Source of the DNA: Minisyncoccota bacterium
GTDB lineage: Bacteria; Patescibacteriota; Minisyncoccia; UBA6257
DNA length: 64,000 bases
Reading direction: 5' to 3'
Assembly: GCA_028694995.1 (NCBI GenBank)
Contig: JAQVJU010000002.1
Location: 67,503 to 131,502 of the forward strand
Both the position numbers and the translations under genes were made by a program. The notes below the pieces were generated by a model. That model worked only from the letters and a program-made list of their open reading frames with translations, was not told the origin of the DNA and ran no database searches. Positions within the stretch are counted from its first letter, which is position 1, and every line of letters starts with the position of its first letter. Positions 42,745-53,183 of this stretch are shown piece after piece.

Positions 42745-43302
42745 TTTTGTTTCCAATGATTTTTTTAATAGCTGAATTCCTCTTCGATGACGAGTTTTTA
42801 TGGTATTAACAGGCTCTTTCAGGGTGCCTGCTATTTCTTGTAAAGTAAGACCATTATTATAATAAAGAGATAGCACTTGACGATATTTTAATGAAATTTT
42901 TTCCAAAGCCACAGATACTATCTCTATCATTGCTTTCTGCTCAAAAAGTTCATTTAGTTTGGGTTCTGATCCAAAAATTCCTTGAATAATATTTTCATTT
43001 TCAAAATTCTTTATCATTGAAAAAGGCACTGCTTTTTTCTTTTTCAAAAAATCAATGGCGGTATTCTTAGCAATAACAAAAATCCAAGCTTTAAAACTCT
43101 TTTGTTGATCAAATCTTTTTAAATTTTGCCAAGTTTTTATAAATACTTCCTGAATAATATCTTCTGTTTCTTGACTATCTCTCACATATCGATAAACAAA
43201 ACTATAAAGTGGTTTTAAATATTGCTTTATTAAAATTTCTAATGATTCTTCATCACCTTTTAAATAAGCATTAACAAGTTGTTCATCTGTATGAATTTTC
43301 AT
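42742..43302 (-). CDS. ECF sigma-70 factor
   Basis: EDIIQEVFIK...SFKAWIFVIAKN region 2 and LTLQEIA...NTIKTR region 4. Confidence 0.9.
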   Translation of the reverse strand: MKIHTDEQLVNAYLKGDEESLEILIKQYLKPLYSFVYRYVRDSQETEDIIQEVFIKTWQNLKRFDQQKSFKAWIFVIAKNTAIDFLKKKKAVPFSMIKNFENENIIQGIFGSEPKLNELFEQKAMIEIVSVALEKISLKYRQVLSLYYNNGLTLQEIAGTLKEPVNTIKTRHRRGIQLLKKSLETK

Positions 43303-43389
43303 TATCTGTTTTGCTTAAAAAGCCTTGTCCAAATTTAAATAGAGGATACGGCACCCTAGAACTAATTTTATCTACTTCTATTAATCTCG

Positions 43390-43462
43390 TGCCCTCAACC
43401 GGATTCGAACCGGTGTTACCAGAATGAGAATCTGGCGTCCTGAACCACTAGACGATGAGGGC
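43390..43462 (-). tRNA. tRNA-Glu(CTC), CCA not encoded
   Basis: GCCCTCA acceptor stem, anticodon loop TTCTCAT, GGTTCGAATCC. Confidence 0.93.
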
Positions 43463-43516
43463 AATATTAAAAATATACCATAACCAATGTGTATTATCCA
43501 GAAAACTTAAAAACCT

Positions 43517-44755
43517 TTAATTGTTTTCTAACTTTATCTCTTGGGTTATTTTCTCCATCTGCATGGCTCGAGAACCTTTAATTAAAATTAAATCCCCTTT
43601 TTGTAATATTTCTTTAATAGTTTCTCTGGCTTGTTCACTGTTTTTAAACCAAAATGTTTGTATTTTAGGATTTTTTTTCAAAGCAGATTCTCTTGCTTTA
43701 ATCATTTCTTCACCAACACCAATAAAAACATCAATATTTTTTTCTGCTATTGCCAAACCAATAAGCTGATGCGCTTGTTCTGATAAATTACCTAATTCTT
43801 TCATAGCTCCTAAGGCCACAATTCTTCTTTTAACAGGAGCTGATTCTATTAAATCAAGAGAAGCTAAAACTGAATCAGGGCTAGCATTATATGCATCATC
43901 TAAAATCCAGGTATTGTTAATTCCAGGCATAAACTTAGTTCTGCCTTCAGGTATTTGATAATCTTTCATCGCTTCTGCTATTTCCACTAAATTCATTCCT
44001 AAGGACAAACCAACAGCAGCTCCAGCAGCTAAGGCATAAGCCTGAGGTTTTCCAAAAACATTTTTTACTCTTACAGGCACAAAACTACCTTTGTGTTCTA
44101 ATCTAAAACTCATTCCTGTTTTACTCAAATCTTTACCTGAGAAGATTAACTTATAATTACTTACTTTTACATCAGCTTTTGCATCAAAACCATAGAAAAT
44201 AGTTTTAGCCATGGTTTTTTCTCTTAATCCAGCAACTGATTCATTGTCAGCATTGAGAATTAAAGTATCTTTTAATAACAATCTCTGAGGTAAATAGCTT
44301 ATTTCTTCAATAAAATGACTGGTGTTTTTAAAATGCTCCAAATGAACTGGAGGTGAACCAATAAAAGTAATAATACCAATGGTGGGTTGAGCTAAATCAA
44401 CTAAATACTTAATTACCCCTGGAGCATCTTCGGACATTTCCAAAATTAAAACCTCAGGATAATTTTTGCTCTTAAAGATAAAAAGCCTTAAAGCATGAAG
44501 GAAGTTATAAATCCAGAGCAATACATTTCTTTTTGCATCCTTGCCTTGAATAATGGTTAAAGGCAATCCAATTTCAGTATTTAAATTAAAAACATTTCTT
44601 GCTACCTTGTATTTCTTATTAAGCACAGTAAAAATCGCCTCTTTGGCAGAAGTTTTCCCCACGCTTCCAGTAACTCCAATAACTAATGGCTTATAACGCC
44701 ATAAAATTAGTTTGGCTAAGAATTTTAATTTGTATTGAATTAATTTTCTTTTCAT
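43517..44755 (-). CDS. murF: UDP-N-acetylmuramoyl-tripeptide--D-Ala-D-Ala ligase
   Basis: GVTGSVGKT, NTEIGLP, DDAYNASP and IKGSR motifs. Confidence 0.9.
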   Translation of the reverse strand: MKRKLIQYKLKFLAKLILWRYKPLVIGVTGSVGKTSAKEAIFTVLNKKYKVARNVFNLNTEIGLPLTIIQGKDAKRNVLLWIYNFLHALRLFIFKSKNYPEVLILEMSEDAPGVIKYLVDLAQPTIGIITFIGSPPVHLEHFKNTSHFIEEISYLPQRLLLKDTLILNADNESVAGLREKTMAKTIFYGFDAKADVKVSNYKLIFSGKDLSKTGMSFRLEHKGSFVPVRVKNVFGKPQAYALAAGAAVGLSLGMNLVEIAEAMKDYQIPEGRTKFMPGINNTWILDDAYNASPDSVLASLDLIESAPVKRRIVALGAMKELGNLSEQAHQLIGLAIAEKNIDVFIGVGEEMIKARESALKKNPKIQTFWFKNSEQARETIKEILQKGDLILIKGSRAMQMEKITQEIKLENN

Positions 44756-44767
44756 TTTGTATTAATT

Positions 44768-46567
44768 TTATTCTAACTGATCTGGAGGAATATTGTAATA
44801 ATTGATTAAGAAACTTTCCACTTCCCTAAAAGCCAAAGTAACAGTTTGGCTGGCAGCTCCTTCTCCCCATTGAGGTTGGTCCATTTTTACTAAGATAATG
44901 TATTCTGGGTCTGAAGCTGGGAAAAATCCCACAAAAGTATGAATTTCTTCTTCAGTATACCCTGCTTTATCTTTTAAAGGAACAAAAGCCGTACCAGTTT
45001 TTCCAGCCAGACTGTATCCTTTTACCTTAGCATTACCTCCAAATCCATTTTCAATAACTCCTACTAGCATTGAGGTTAAGGTTTCTGCTGACTCTGCATT
45101 AACAATTTGCTGAGCACTATCAGTAGAATCAGGGATACTTAAAGCTATGCTTTTACCTGCGCTATCCCTAGTGCTTTCTACTAGATAAGGAGTTACTGCC
45201 TTGCCTTTATTAGCAATAATAGCAAAAGCCCGTATAAGAGCCATCGGGGTTGTAGAAATCCCTACGCCATAAGAAGCAGTGGCAAAATAACTAGGATTTA
45301 CCTTTGGATATTCTAGATTAGACAAATCACCCATAACTTCATTAGGCAAATCAATGCCTGTTGTTTCACCAAACCCGAATTTTGTAAAATAATTCCTTAA
45401 AGTTTCACTACCCACTTGATCCGCTACAAAAATAGCTCCAGTATTAATAGAAAACTCTAAAACTTTGCGCATTGTTGATTGACCATAAACCCGCCCTTCA
45501 TAATTGATAATGTGATAACCACCAACATCATGATATCCTTTATCCACATAAGTTGTATCTGGGGTTACTGCTCCTGTATCAATACCAGCAAACATGGTAA
45601 AGGGCTTAATCACTGAGCCAGGCTCATATCTTTCTTCAACAGCATAATTTCTATAAATAGAATAATCTTTTGTTTCTGAAAATTCATTTAGATTAAATGT
45701 GGGCCAATTAGCCAAAGCTAATATCTTTCCTGTTTTAACTTCCATCACAATAATTGTTCCTTTAGATGCCTTTCTAGTTTCCACTAAATCTTCTAAGGCT
45801 TTCTGAGTTGTAAATTGAACATTTTTATCTATGGTTGTTTCTATAGAAATACCTTCAATCTCTTTTTTTTCTTGAGATGAATTAGAGCGCACTAACCTGT
45901 TAAAAGCGTCTTTAATGCCTTGAAAAATACCTGTCTGCCCAGCAAGAATCTTTTCATAATAGAATTCTAAGCCATAACGACCTCTCTTTATCTCATCTTC
46001 TTCTTGTTCAGCAATAAAACCTATTGTCTGAGCAGCAAAAGATTCAAAAGGATAATAACGTTCATATTTTTCTTCAAAATCAATGCCTTTTAATTCTAAT
46101 TCCTTTATTTCTTTGACTAAATCCTCATCTTCTATTTTTTTTAATAATAATTCATAAGGGTCATCAGATTTATTCAATCTTTCAAAAATTGCATCAAAAG
46201 ACAAAGGAATTATTTCTGCTAAGGTTTCACTCACTTCTTTTGGATTCTCTATATCCTTAGGCACAGCAAACAAGGAAAGATATTTTTTATTAATAGCTAC
46301 TGGGATATGGTCTTTATCTTTATCCTGGCAATAAATCAAACCCCTTTTAGGAGTTAAGACCTGAGTTGTCTGGTGAGTTGATTCTGCTCTTTGAGAATAT
46401 TCAAAATGTTCTTTAACTTGTAAGATATATAATTTACCTAATAATCCTAAAAAAATAGCAAAGATAAGAAAGTAAATAAAATAAATTCTTCCCTGGGAAG
46501 AATACTCTTTTCTGTTATTTTTTTGATAAAAATTCCTGTATTTTGAATATTTATTTTTCCTGGCCAT
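44768..46567 (-). CDS. ftsI: Class B penicillin-binding protein (FtsI-like)
   Basis: EPGSVIK (SxxK), SIN (SxN) and AGKTGTA motifs; dcw context. Confidence 0.88.
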   Translation of the reverse strand: MARKNKYSKYRNFYQKNNRKEYSSQGRIYFIYFLIFAIFLGLLGKLYILQVKEHFEYSQRAESTHQTTQVLTPKRGLIYCQDKDKDHIPVAINKKYLSLFAVPKDIENPKEVSETLAEIIPLSFDAIFERLNKSDDPYELLLKKIEDEDLVKEIKELELKGIDFEEKYERYYPFESFAAQTIGFIAEQEEDEIKRGRYGLEFYYEKILAGQTGIFQGIKDAFNRLVRSNSSQEKKEIEGISIETTIDKNVQFTTQKALEDLVETRKASKGTIIVMEVKTGKILALANWPTFNLNEFSETKDYSIYRNYAVEERYEPGSVIKPFTMFAGIDTGAVTPDTTYVDKGYHDVGGYHIINYEGRVYGQSTMRKVLEFSINTGAIFVADQVGSETLRNYFTKFGFGETTGIDLPNEVMGDLSNLEYPKVNPSYFATASYGVGISTTPMALIRAFAIIANKGKAVTPYLVESTRDSAGKSIALSIPDSTDSAQQIVNAESAETLTSMLVGVIENGFGGNAKVKGYSLAGKTGTAFVPLKDKAGYTEEEIHTFVGFFPASDPEYIILVKMDQPQWGEGAASQTVTLAFREVESFLINYYNIPPDQLE

Positions 46568-46579
46568 TATAAATTTCCC

Positions 46580-46987
46580 CTACCTTTGAGCTAAATTCTT
46601 ATTCCCCATGTCTAAATAAGAAATTGTCTGCGCCTTAACAAAATTATTTAATTCTGCCCATTCAGTTACTTTTTCCCTAGAAACTATTATTGCGCTTTGT
46701 TCATTCAAATAATTGATATTATCTTCTATTTGATTTAATTCTTGTTTCAAATTAATAATTTTGTAATCAGCTGAGATATTCTGCCCAAATAAAACAAGCC
46801 AAAAACCACTAATGATTATTATTGGGGCTACAAATAAAAAGACCAGTTTAATATGCCCTAAATATTGACCAGCATCATTAACAAAACATCGCCATTTTCT
46901 TTTATTATTTCGCGTTAATCTCTTTTTAGAATTCAAAATCATTGCCTGTCTGTTTTTGTTTTTAGTTGAATTGTAGATAATGGTCAT
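46580..46987 (-). CDS. FtsL-like cell division protein
   Basis: TM plus coiled coil, located between rsmH and ftsI. Confidence 0.6.
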   Translation of the reverse strand: MTIIYNSTKNKNRQAMILNSKKRLTRNNKRKWRCFVNDAGQYLGHIKLVFLFVAPIIIISGFWLVLFGQNISADYKIINLKQELNQIEDNINYLNEQSAIIVSREKVTEWAELNNFVKAQTISYLDMGNKNLAQR

Positions 46988-47015
46988 GATAAATATTTAG
47001 TTTTAAGATTTTGAA

Positions 47016-47906
47016 TTAATTTATTTGGGCTGCCCTTAATTTAGCTGAACGTGAACGAGGATTTTTTAATATCTCTTCTTTGGTGGGAATAATTGGTTTT
47101 TTTGTTAAAATTTGTAATTTATTAATTTTAGATTGTTCTTTAAAAAAGTTTTTTACAATTCTATCTTCTAGGGAATGAAAAGAAATTACTACTATCCGAC
47201 CATTGGTTTGTAAAATATTTATTGCTTGCTCCAAACCTTTTCTAATATTTTCCAATTCATTATTAACAGCAATGCGCAAAGCCTGAAAAACTCGAGTGGC
47301 AAAATGAATTCTTTTCTGGTCATAATTTTTTGGTAAAGTTCTGGCTAATAAATCCACTAGTTGCTGAGTGCTAACAATTCTTTCTTTTTTTCTAGCTTCT
47401 TTGATAGCCAGGGCAATGCGTTGAGAATATCTTTCTTCCCCAAATTCCCTTAATATTTTCTCTATCTCTTCTATTTCCCAAAAATTTACAATCTCAGCTG
47501 CGGTTAAATCTTGTTTTGAATCAAATCGCATATCTAAAGGTTCATCTTTTTGATAAGAAAAACCCTTTCCTGATGATTCTAAATGCCAAGAACACATGCC
47601 TAAATCAAATAAAATCCCTTGAATTAGCCCAATATCATTCTCTTTATTTATCTTTTCTAAGTGGATATAAGAATCATTGATTAAAATCAATCTATTCTTT
47701 ACACTTTCATCTGTACTTTTTAATTCAGTGACTCTTTTTAAAGTCTCAGATGAAAGATCAATACCCAATAACTTACCTTTTGGTCTAGTGAGTTCTAGTA
47801 TTTTTAATGAATGTCCTGCTTCACCAACAGTTGCATCAATAAAATTTTCATTAGGTTTTGGATTAAGGTAATAAATTACTTCTTTTAAAAGAACTGGAAC
47901 ATGCAT
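47016..47906 (-). CDS. rsmH: 16S rRNA m4C1402 methyltransferase
   Basis: HVPVLLKE, LDMRF, FQALRIAVN, ISFHSLEDR and NPRSRSAKLR motifs; start at MHVPV. Confidence 0.95.
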   Translation of the reverse strand: MHVPVLLKEVIYYLNPKPNENFIDATVGEAGHSLKILELTRPKGKLLGIDLSSETLKRVTELKSTDESVKNRLILINDSYIHLEKINKENDIGLIQGILFDLGMCSWHLESSGKGFSYQKDEPLDMRFDSKQDLTAAEIVNFWEIEEIEKILREFGEERYSQRIALAIKEARKKERIVSTQQLVDLLARTLPKNYDQKRIHFATRVFQALRIAVNNELENIRKGLEQAINILQTNGRIVVISFHSLEDRIVKNFFKEQSKINKLQILTKKPIIPTKEEILKNPRSRSAKLRAAQIN

Positions 47907-47916
47907 AATACTAAAA

Positions 47917-48348
47917 TCAAATTCCAAGATCACCTAATTTTTCCGCAATGCTACCTGATTCTTTTTCTGTCTTCTGTTTGTATTTTTCCCATTCTTTTTC
48001 ATCCCAAACTTCCAAACGATTATAAACTCCAGCTAAAACTATTTTCTTTCCTAAACCAGCATATTTTCTTAAATAGTCAGGTATTAAAATTCTGCCTTGA
48101 TTATCTAATTTCACATCCATGGCCCCAGCTAACATTAATCGAGCAAAGGCTCGAGAATTAGCCTGACTCAAAGGAAGGCTTTTTATTTTCTCTGCCATTT
48201 GTTGCCAATCTTTTGAAGAAAAAATAAAAAGACAATTATCTAATCCCCTGGTCAAAACAGCATTAGGCAAAAGCTGTTTTCGTAATTTGGAAGGAATGGC
48301 TATTCTTCCTTTTGGGTCTATGGTATATGAATATTCACCAATGAACAT
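47917..48348 (-). CDS. mraZ: Transcriptional regulator MraZ
   Basis: MFIGEY...DPKGR and DNQGR motifs. Confidence 0.96.
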   Translation of the reverse strand: MFIGEYSYTIDPKGRIAIPSKLRKQLLPNAVLTRGLDNCLFIFSSKDWQQMAEKIKSLPLSQANSRAFARLMLAGAMDVKLDNQGRILIPDYLRKYAGLGKKIVLAGVYNRLEVWDEKEWEKYKQKTEKESGSIAEKLGDLGI

Positions 48349-48420
48349 AATAAAACAATTTAAAATTCAAACTTCTAATCTTAATCAATATTTTAGTTAT
48401 CCCCAAAAAACATACTTTTC

Positions 48421-48455
48421 CCCACTGTTATCCACATCTATCCACTTTCCCCCAT
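48421..48455 (-). promoter_or_regulatory. MraZ (dcw) boxes, (G/A)TGG(G/A) at 10-bp period
   Basis: Minus strand ATGGG-GGAAA-GTGGA-TAGAT-GTGGA-TAACA-GTGGG upstream of mraZ. Confidence 0.75.
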
Positions 48456-48657
48456 TTTACTCTTTTCAACCCCACTAAGTCAAGCATTAAATACCTTTAA
48501 AAAACACTTATAAGTTCAATTAAAGCTTAAGACACTTTTCGCTTAAATAAAGGTTTAATCCTTTTTTTATCATTTCCCAACTTATATAATATCCCCATAT
48601 TATCCACAAATAAAAAAAGAGCTCATTTAAGAGCTCTTTTCTTTTAAAGAAAAACTT

Positions 48658-48918
48658 TTAAAAGCTTTTCTTCATTGGCCTAGCTTCATCTACGATAAGA
48701 GTTCTTCCATCTAGTTCTTTTCCATTTAATGTCTCCACGGCTTTTTTAGCCTCTTCTTCTGAAGACATTTCTACAAAACCAAATCCTTTGGATCTGCCTG
48801 ACATTTTATCAGTGATAATAACTGCAGAAGTAACGGTTCCAGCCTGAGAAAAAAATTCTCTAAGACCATCTTCGTTTGTATCGTAAGAAAGACTGCCTAT
48901 ATATAGCTTATTGCTCAT
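48658..48918 (-). CDS. RRM-domain RNA-binding protein
   Basis: KLYIGSL (RNP2) and KGFGFVEM (RNP1). Confidence 0.93.
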   Translation of the reverse strand: MSNKLYIGSLSYDTNEDGLREFFSQAGTVTSAVIITDKMSGRSKGFGFVEMSSEEEAKKAVETLNGKELDGRTLIVDEARPMKKSF

Positions 48919-49126
48919 CTTTTACGTTTACCCGTTAAATTAACTTAACGAAATTATTTAATTTACGACCTACCCCCTTAGCTATAGCCTGACAGTATCT
49001 TTCTTACCGTTTAGCACTTAATTATAGGATAAGAGAGTTAAGCTCTCTTTTTCTTATTATCTAAGAAAAAAGCTTATGGATATATACTACTCGCCTAAGA
49101 GCTTTTTGTCAAATAGAAAAATTCAA

Positions 49127-49882
49127 TTAAAATATTTCTATTCCTACTGGACAATGATCAGAACCCATTATTTTATCAAGAATAAAAGCATTTTTTATCT
49201 CTGGAACTAAAGGTTCTGAGATAAAGATATAATCTATTCTCCAACCCAGGTTTCTTTCTCTGGCTTTGGCAAAATAAGGCCACCAGGTATAATTATTTCC
49301 TTGTTGATGAAAGATTCTAAAACTATCTTCAAAACCCAATTGAATAATCTTATCTATTTGTTTTCTTTCATCTTCTGTAAACATTATACTGTTCTTGTTT
49401 TCTTCTGGTCTGGCTAAATCAATTTCCTGATGAGCAATATTAAAATCTCCAGTTAGAATAACTTTTTTGTTTTTAATTGTTTTCAAAAACTTTAAAAGAT
49501 GATTATAAACTTCTAATTTATACCCTAAGTTTTCTTTTTGTCTGCCACCATGAGGCAGATAAAGATTAATTAAAATAAAATCAGAATATTCTAATTTTAA
49601 AATCCTCCCTTCTTGGTCAAATTGTTCAAAGCCTAATTTAGAATCAACCTGCTTGGGTTTTTCTTTAGAATAAACGCCAACACCAGCATAACCTTTCTTT
49701 TCAGCTGGATTAAGGTATAAAGCATAATCATCAACTTCTATTAATTCTATTGGTAATTCTTCTCTTAGCACTCTTGTTTCCTGCAAGCAAACAATATCTG
49801 CATCAGCCATTTCTAGCCATTGCAAAAACCCTTTTTTATGAATAGCTCTTAAGCCATTAACATTCCAACAAAGAATTCTCAT
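49127..49882 (-). CDS. xth: Exodeoxyribonuclease III / AP endonuclease
   Basis: WNVNGLRA, LQET, GDFNIAH, GWRIDY and SDHCP motifs. Confidence 0.94.
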   Translation of the reverse strand: MRILCWNVNGLRAIHKKGFLQWLEMADADIVCLQETRVLREELPIELIEVDDYALYLNPAEKKGYAGVGVYSKEKPKQVDSKLGFEQFDQEGRILKLEYSDFILINLYLPHGGRQKENLGYKLEVYNHLLKFLKTIKNKKVILTGDFNIAHQEIDLARPEENKNSIMFTEDERKQIDKIIQLGFEDSFRIFHQQGNNYTWWPYFAKARERNLGWRIDYIFISEPLVPEIKNAFILDKIMGSDHCPVGIEIF

Positions 49883-49936
49883 AATTAAAAATGTTAATAA
49901 ATTTTCAAAAACCGCTCAAAAGCGGTTTTATAGTAA

Positions 49937-50806
49937 TCATTTCCCCTTTACTTGATGAACAACTACCTGAGGCAAAGGAATCTTTATTTTCTCTTTATCA
50001 AAAGCAATTTTAATTCTCTTTCTTAATTCTCCAGTAACCGCCCATTGTTTTAAGCTTCTTGTTTCGCCAACAATCTTAACTATAATCGCAGATTCTCCAA
50101 AATTATTCACTCGTAAAAACTGAGGGGTTTTTAAAATTTTATCTGCCCATTCTGGATCTTTAGCTAAATCTTCACCAACCTTATCAATAACCTTAATAAC
50201 CTTTTCAAGATTGCAATCATAAGGCACCCGAACATCTAGATTAATCCTAGCAAAATACTTAGAAAGGTTTGAAACTTTTTTTATTTCTCCATGGGGAATA
50301 TGATGGACTACACCATCTAAATCTCTTAGAGTGGTCATCCGCATAGATATATCTTCCACACTTCCGCAAGTGCCATCAAAACAAACCACATCTCCAATCC
50401 TGTATTGATTTTCCGCAATGATAAAAAATCCTGTAATTAAATCCCGAATAAGATACTGACCACCAAATCCTAAAGCCAAGCCTGCTATTCCTGCTGCTGC
50501 TAACAAAGGACCAATGGCAATACCTATTTCTTCCAAGATAATAGCCACAGCAATAATAAAAACCAAAACATCTAATAATGAAGAAAGAACACGGATTAAA
50601 GTATCTTCTCTTTTCTTTTCTGATTCTTTTTCTTTTTTAGAAGCAGAATCAATAACAATAACCCTCCTGATAATCCTTGCCATGAGAATCTTTCCAAATT
50701 TCCTCAAAATCAAAGCGAGAACAATGGTCGCTAAAATATTTGGCCCATGGCCAGTAATCCAAGGAATAATAATATTGTGTATAATTTCTGATAACATAAT
50801 ATTCAT
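49937..50806 (-). CDS. MscS-family mechanosensitive channel
   Basis: AGLALGFGGQYLIRDLITG...IGD...GSVEDI motif. Confidence 0.9.
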   Translation of the reverse strand: MNIMLSEIIHNIIIPWITGHGPNILATIVLALILRKFGKILMARIIRRVIVIDSASKKEKESEKKREDTLIRVLSSLLDVLVFIIAVAIILEEIGIAIGPLLAAAGIAGLALGFGGQYLIRDLITGFFIIAENQYRIGDVVCFDGTCGSVEDISMRMTTLRDLDGVVHHIPHGEIKKVSNLSKYFARINLDVRVPYDCNLEKVIKVIDKVGEDLAKDPEWADKILKTPQFLRVNNFGESAIIVKIVGETRSLKQWAVTGELRKRIKIAFDKEKIKIPLPQVVVHQVKGK

Positions 50807-50848
50807 TTAATTAATTATAACAAAAGAATTATCAAAATCAAAAAGAAT

Positions 50849-52051
50849 CTAGATCTCACAATAATATTCACCAAACATATTTTTAACCTTCCAAGGCCTG
50901 CCTTCTTTAATAAATAACTTGGCCACCCTGGCTTTATCAGTATAATGTAAAACTTCTTCACCTATGGTATTTAATTTTTCACCAATATCTTCTATTGCTA
51001 TCTTAAGCTTTTTTGGCGCTTGTGCTCCCCAAAGAATCACTTCATCTCCTATCTTTACTTGATTAATATTAGTAATATCCACCATTAATTGATCCATGCA
51101 AACCCTACCTATAATTAGCGCTAATTTGCCTCTAATTAATACCTGACCTGAATTAGATAATAATCGTGAATATCCATCTGCATATCCCACAGGAAGAGTG
51201 GCAACAATAATATCTTTTTTTGCTTGATAGGTATTGCCATATCCAATAAAACTACCTGCCTTAATTTTTTTAATAAAAAACACTCGGGTTTTAAAAGTTA
51301 ATGCTGGAATTAAATTAATTTTTTTATCAATGTCTACAGAAGGATACAAGCCATATAAAATACATCCTGGACGCACCATATCTAACCAAGTTTCTGGTAA
51401 ATCTAATATGGCCCCACTATTAGCTGCATGAGAACAAAATGCGCTAGGTTTATTAAGACTACTGAATAAATCCTCTACTTCTTTAAAAAGTTGAAATTGA
51501 TAAAATGTATAATCTTTATTGCTTTCATCAGCTGTTGAAAAATGAGTAAATAATCCTATAATTTCAATATTATGTAATTTTTTTAATTTAGAAAAAAAAG
51601 CTTTTGCCTCAAAAGGTTTTATACCTAAACGCCCCATTCCTGTATCTATTTTCAAATGTGCTTTTATTTTTTGGTTAAATTTCTTAGCAATTTTATTAAT
51701 CTTATTAGCGCTATCAATATCACCAATAGTGGCCATTATCTGATAATCCAAATACAGTTTTATTTGTTCTTCTAAAACTGCTCCCAAAACCAATATTGGG
51801 GCCTTAATATTATTTTTTCTTAATATAATTGCCTCCTCTATTCTGGCAACTCCAAGTTGATCAACACCATTTTCTAAAATGATTCTTGATACTTCTATAG
51901 CATCATGTCCATAACCATTGCCTTTGACAATACCCATAATCCTTACTTGCTTTCCAATTAATTCTTTTATGCTTTGTGTATTATGTTTTATTGCATCTAA
52001 ATCTATTTCCAACCATGAAAACCCTAATGTTTTTACTATTTTTTGATTCAT
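50849..52051 (-). CDS. alr: Alanine racemase
   Basis: VKGNGYGH, KIDTGMGRLG, HAANSG, GYADG and GRVCMDQ motifs. Confidence 0.94.
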   Translation of the reverse strand: MNQKIVKTLGFSWLEIDLDAIKHNTQSIKELIGKQVRIMGIVKGNGYGHDAIEVSRIILENGVDQLGVARIEEAIILRKNNIKAPILVLGAVLEEQIKLYLDYQIMATIGDIDSANKINKIAKKFNQKIKAHLKIDTGMGRLGIKPFEAKAFFSKLKKLHNIEIIGLFTHFSTADESNKDYTFYQFQLFKEVEDLFSSLNKPSAFCSHAANSGAILDLPETWLDMVRPGCILYGLYPSVDIDKKINLIPALTFKTRVFFIKKIKAGSFIGYGNTYQAKKDIIVATLPVGYADGYSRLLSNSGQVLIRGKLALIIGRVCMDQLMVDITNINQVKIGDEVILWGAQAPKKLKIAIEDIGEKLNTIGEEVLHYTDKARVAKLFIKEGRPWKVKNMFGEYYCEI

Positions 52052-52167
52052 TTTACCTAATGAGAAATAAATTTGTATTTATTATTATAACTTACCCAAT
52101 TCTTTATATCAAAATTAGATTTTAAAAGGCGCTATATTTTAGCGCCTTTTTTAAATTTGCCCTCCTT

Positions 52168-53094
52168 TTAAAACAAGTCAAAGTATAATTCTAAATTCTT
52201 CTTGCAACAAACCTTGTATAGTTTTTTCAAAATTTCTTCTTGGATTTGACGAATTCTTTCCCGAGTCAGCCCAAAATAGTTTCCAATTTCTTGAAGGGTA
52301 TAAATTCTCCCTTCAAAGAATCCGCACCTGGCCATAATTATAATCTTTTCTTTTTTAGTTAAATATGTATTAAATATTTTCCTTATCTCTTCTCTTAATT
52401 CTTTTTCTTCTATCTGCGCTATCACAGATTGTTCTTGTTCAGCTATAACATCTAATAGCCCTTCCCTGTCTCTTAGCTTCAGGTCCTGCTCTAAAGAAGG
52501 ATTATAAAATCCAATATCAAAAGATCTTATTAGCGCAGAACTAACTCCATCCTTTCCTTTCTTAATTGTATGCACCTCTTTATGACTCATTCCCATCATT
52601 CTTCCTACTTCTTGATCCGTGGGAATATATCCTTCTGAATGGATAATTTCCTCTTTTTTCTTGTTAAGCTTCATGATTTTCTCTCTTAAGGAAAGAGGGA
52701 TTCTGATTGTTTGAGAACTATTGCCTATGCCTCTCAGAATATAATGCCTAATCCACCAAGTAGCATAGGTAGAAAAAGCAAACCCTTTTTTCCATTTATA
52801 ACGGTTTATAGCTTCTTCCAAACCCAATAACCCTTCCTGAACTAAATCCTCATAATCCAAGCTTCCTAGAAGATTTCTAGGACAGATGATTGCAAAACGA
52901 CTTGCTGTTTTAAAAACAAGCCTTCTGTTCATTTCCCAGAGATAATTCCTTATTTCTGCTGCTTCTCTTTTGTTTCTTTTTTCCAATGCCTCCTTTTTCT
53001 GAAATAATTTCAAGGTTTCCTCACGAGTTAGGATTTTGTAATCCTTGGAGTAAAAATTACCCTGATTTTTGTTTTGTAAAAGAACAGTATTCAT
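52168..53094 (-). CDS. RpoD/SigA-like sigma-70 paralogue lacking region 1.1
   Basis: DLVQEGLLGL, FSTYATWWIR, TIRIP and TLQEIG...TRERIRQI motifs. Confidence 0.85.
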   Translation of the reverse strand: MNTVLLQNKNQGNFYSKDYKILTREETLKLFQKKEALEKRNKREAAEIRNYLWEMNRRLVFKTASRFAIICPRNLLGSLDYEDLVQEGLLGLEEAINRYKWKKGFAFSTYATWWIRHYILRGIGNSSQTIRIPLSLREKIMKLNKKKEEIIHSEGYIPTDQEVGRMMGMSHKEVHTIKKGKDGVSSALIRSFDIGFYNPSLEQDLKLRDREGLLDVIAEQEQSVIAQIEEKELREEIRKIFNTYLTKKEKIIIMARCGFFEGRIYTLQEIGNYFGLTRERIRQIQEEILKKLYKVCCKKNLELYFDLF

Positions 53095-53183
53095 TAGAAT
53101 ATTCCTCCTTTTAGTTTCTAATGATTTATTTAAAATAATAACACTTTTATCTTAAAATGTAAATAGTTGAAAAAGAAATTACT

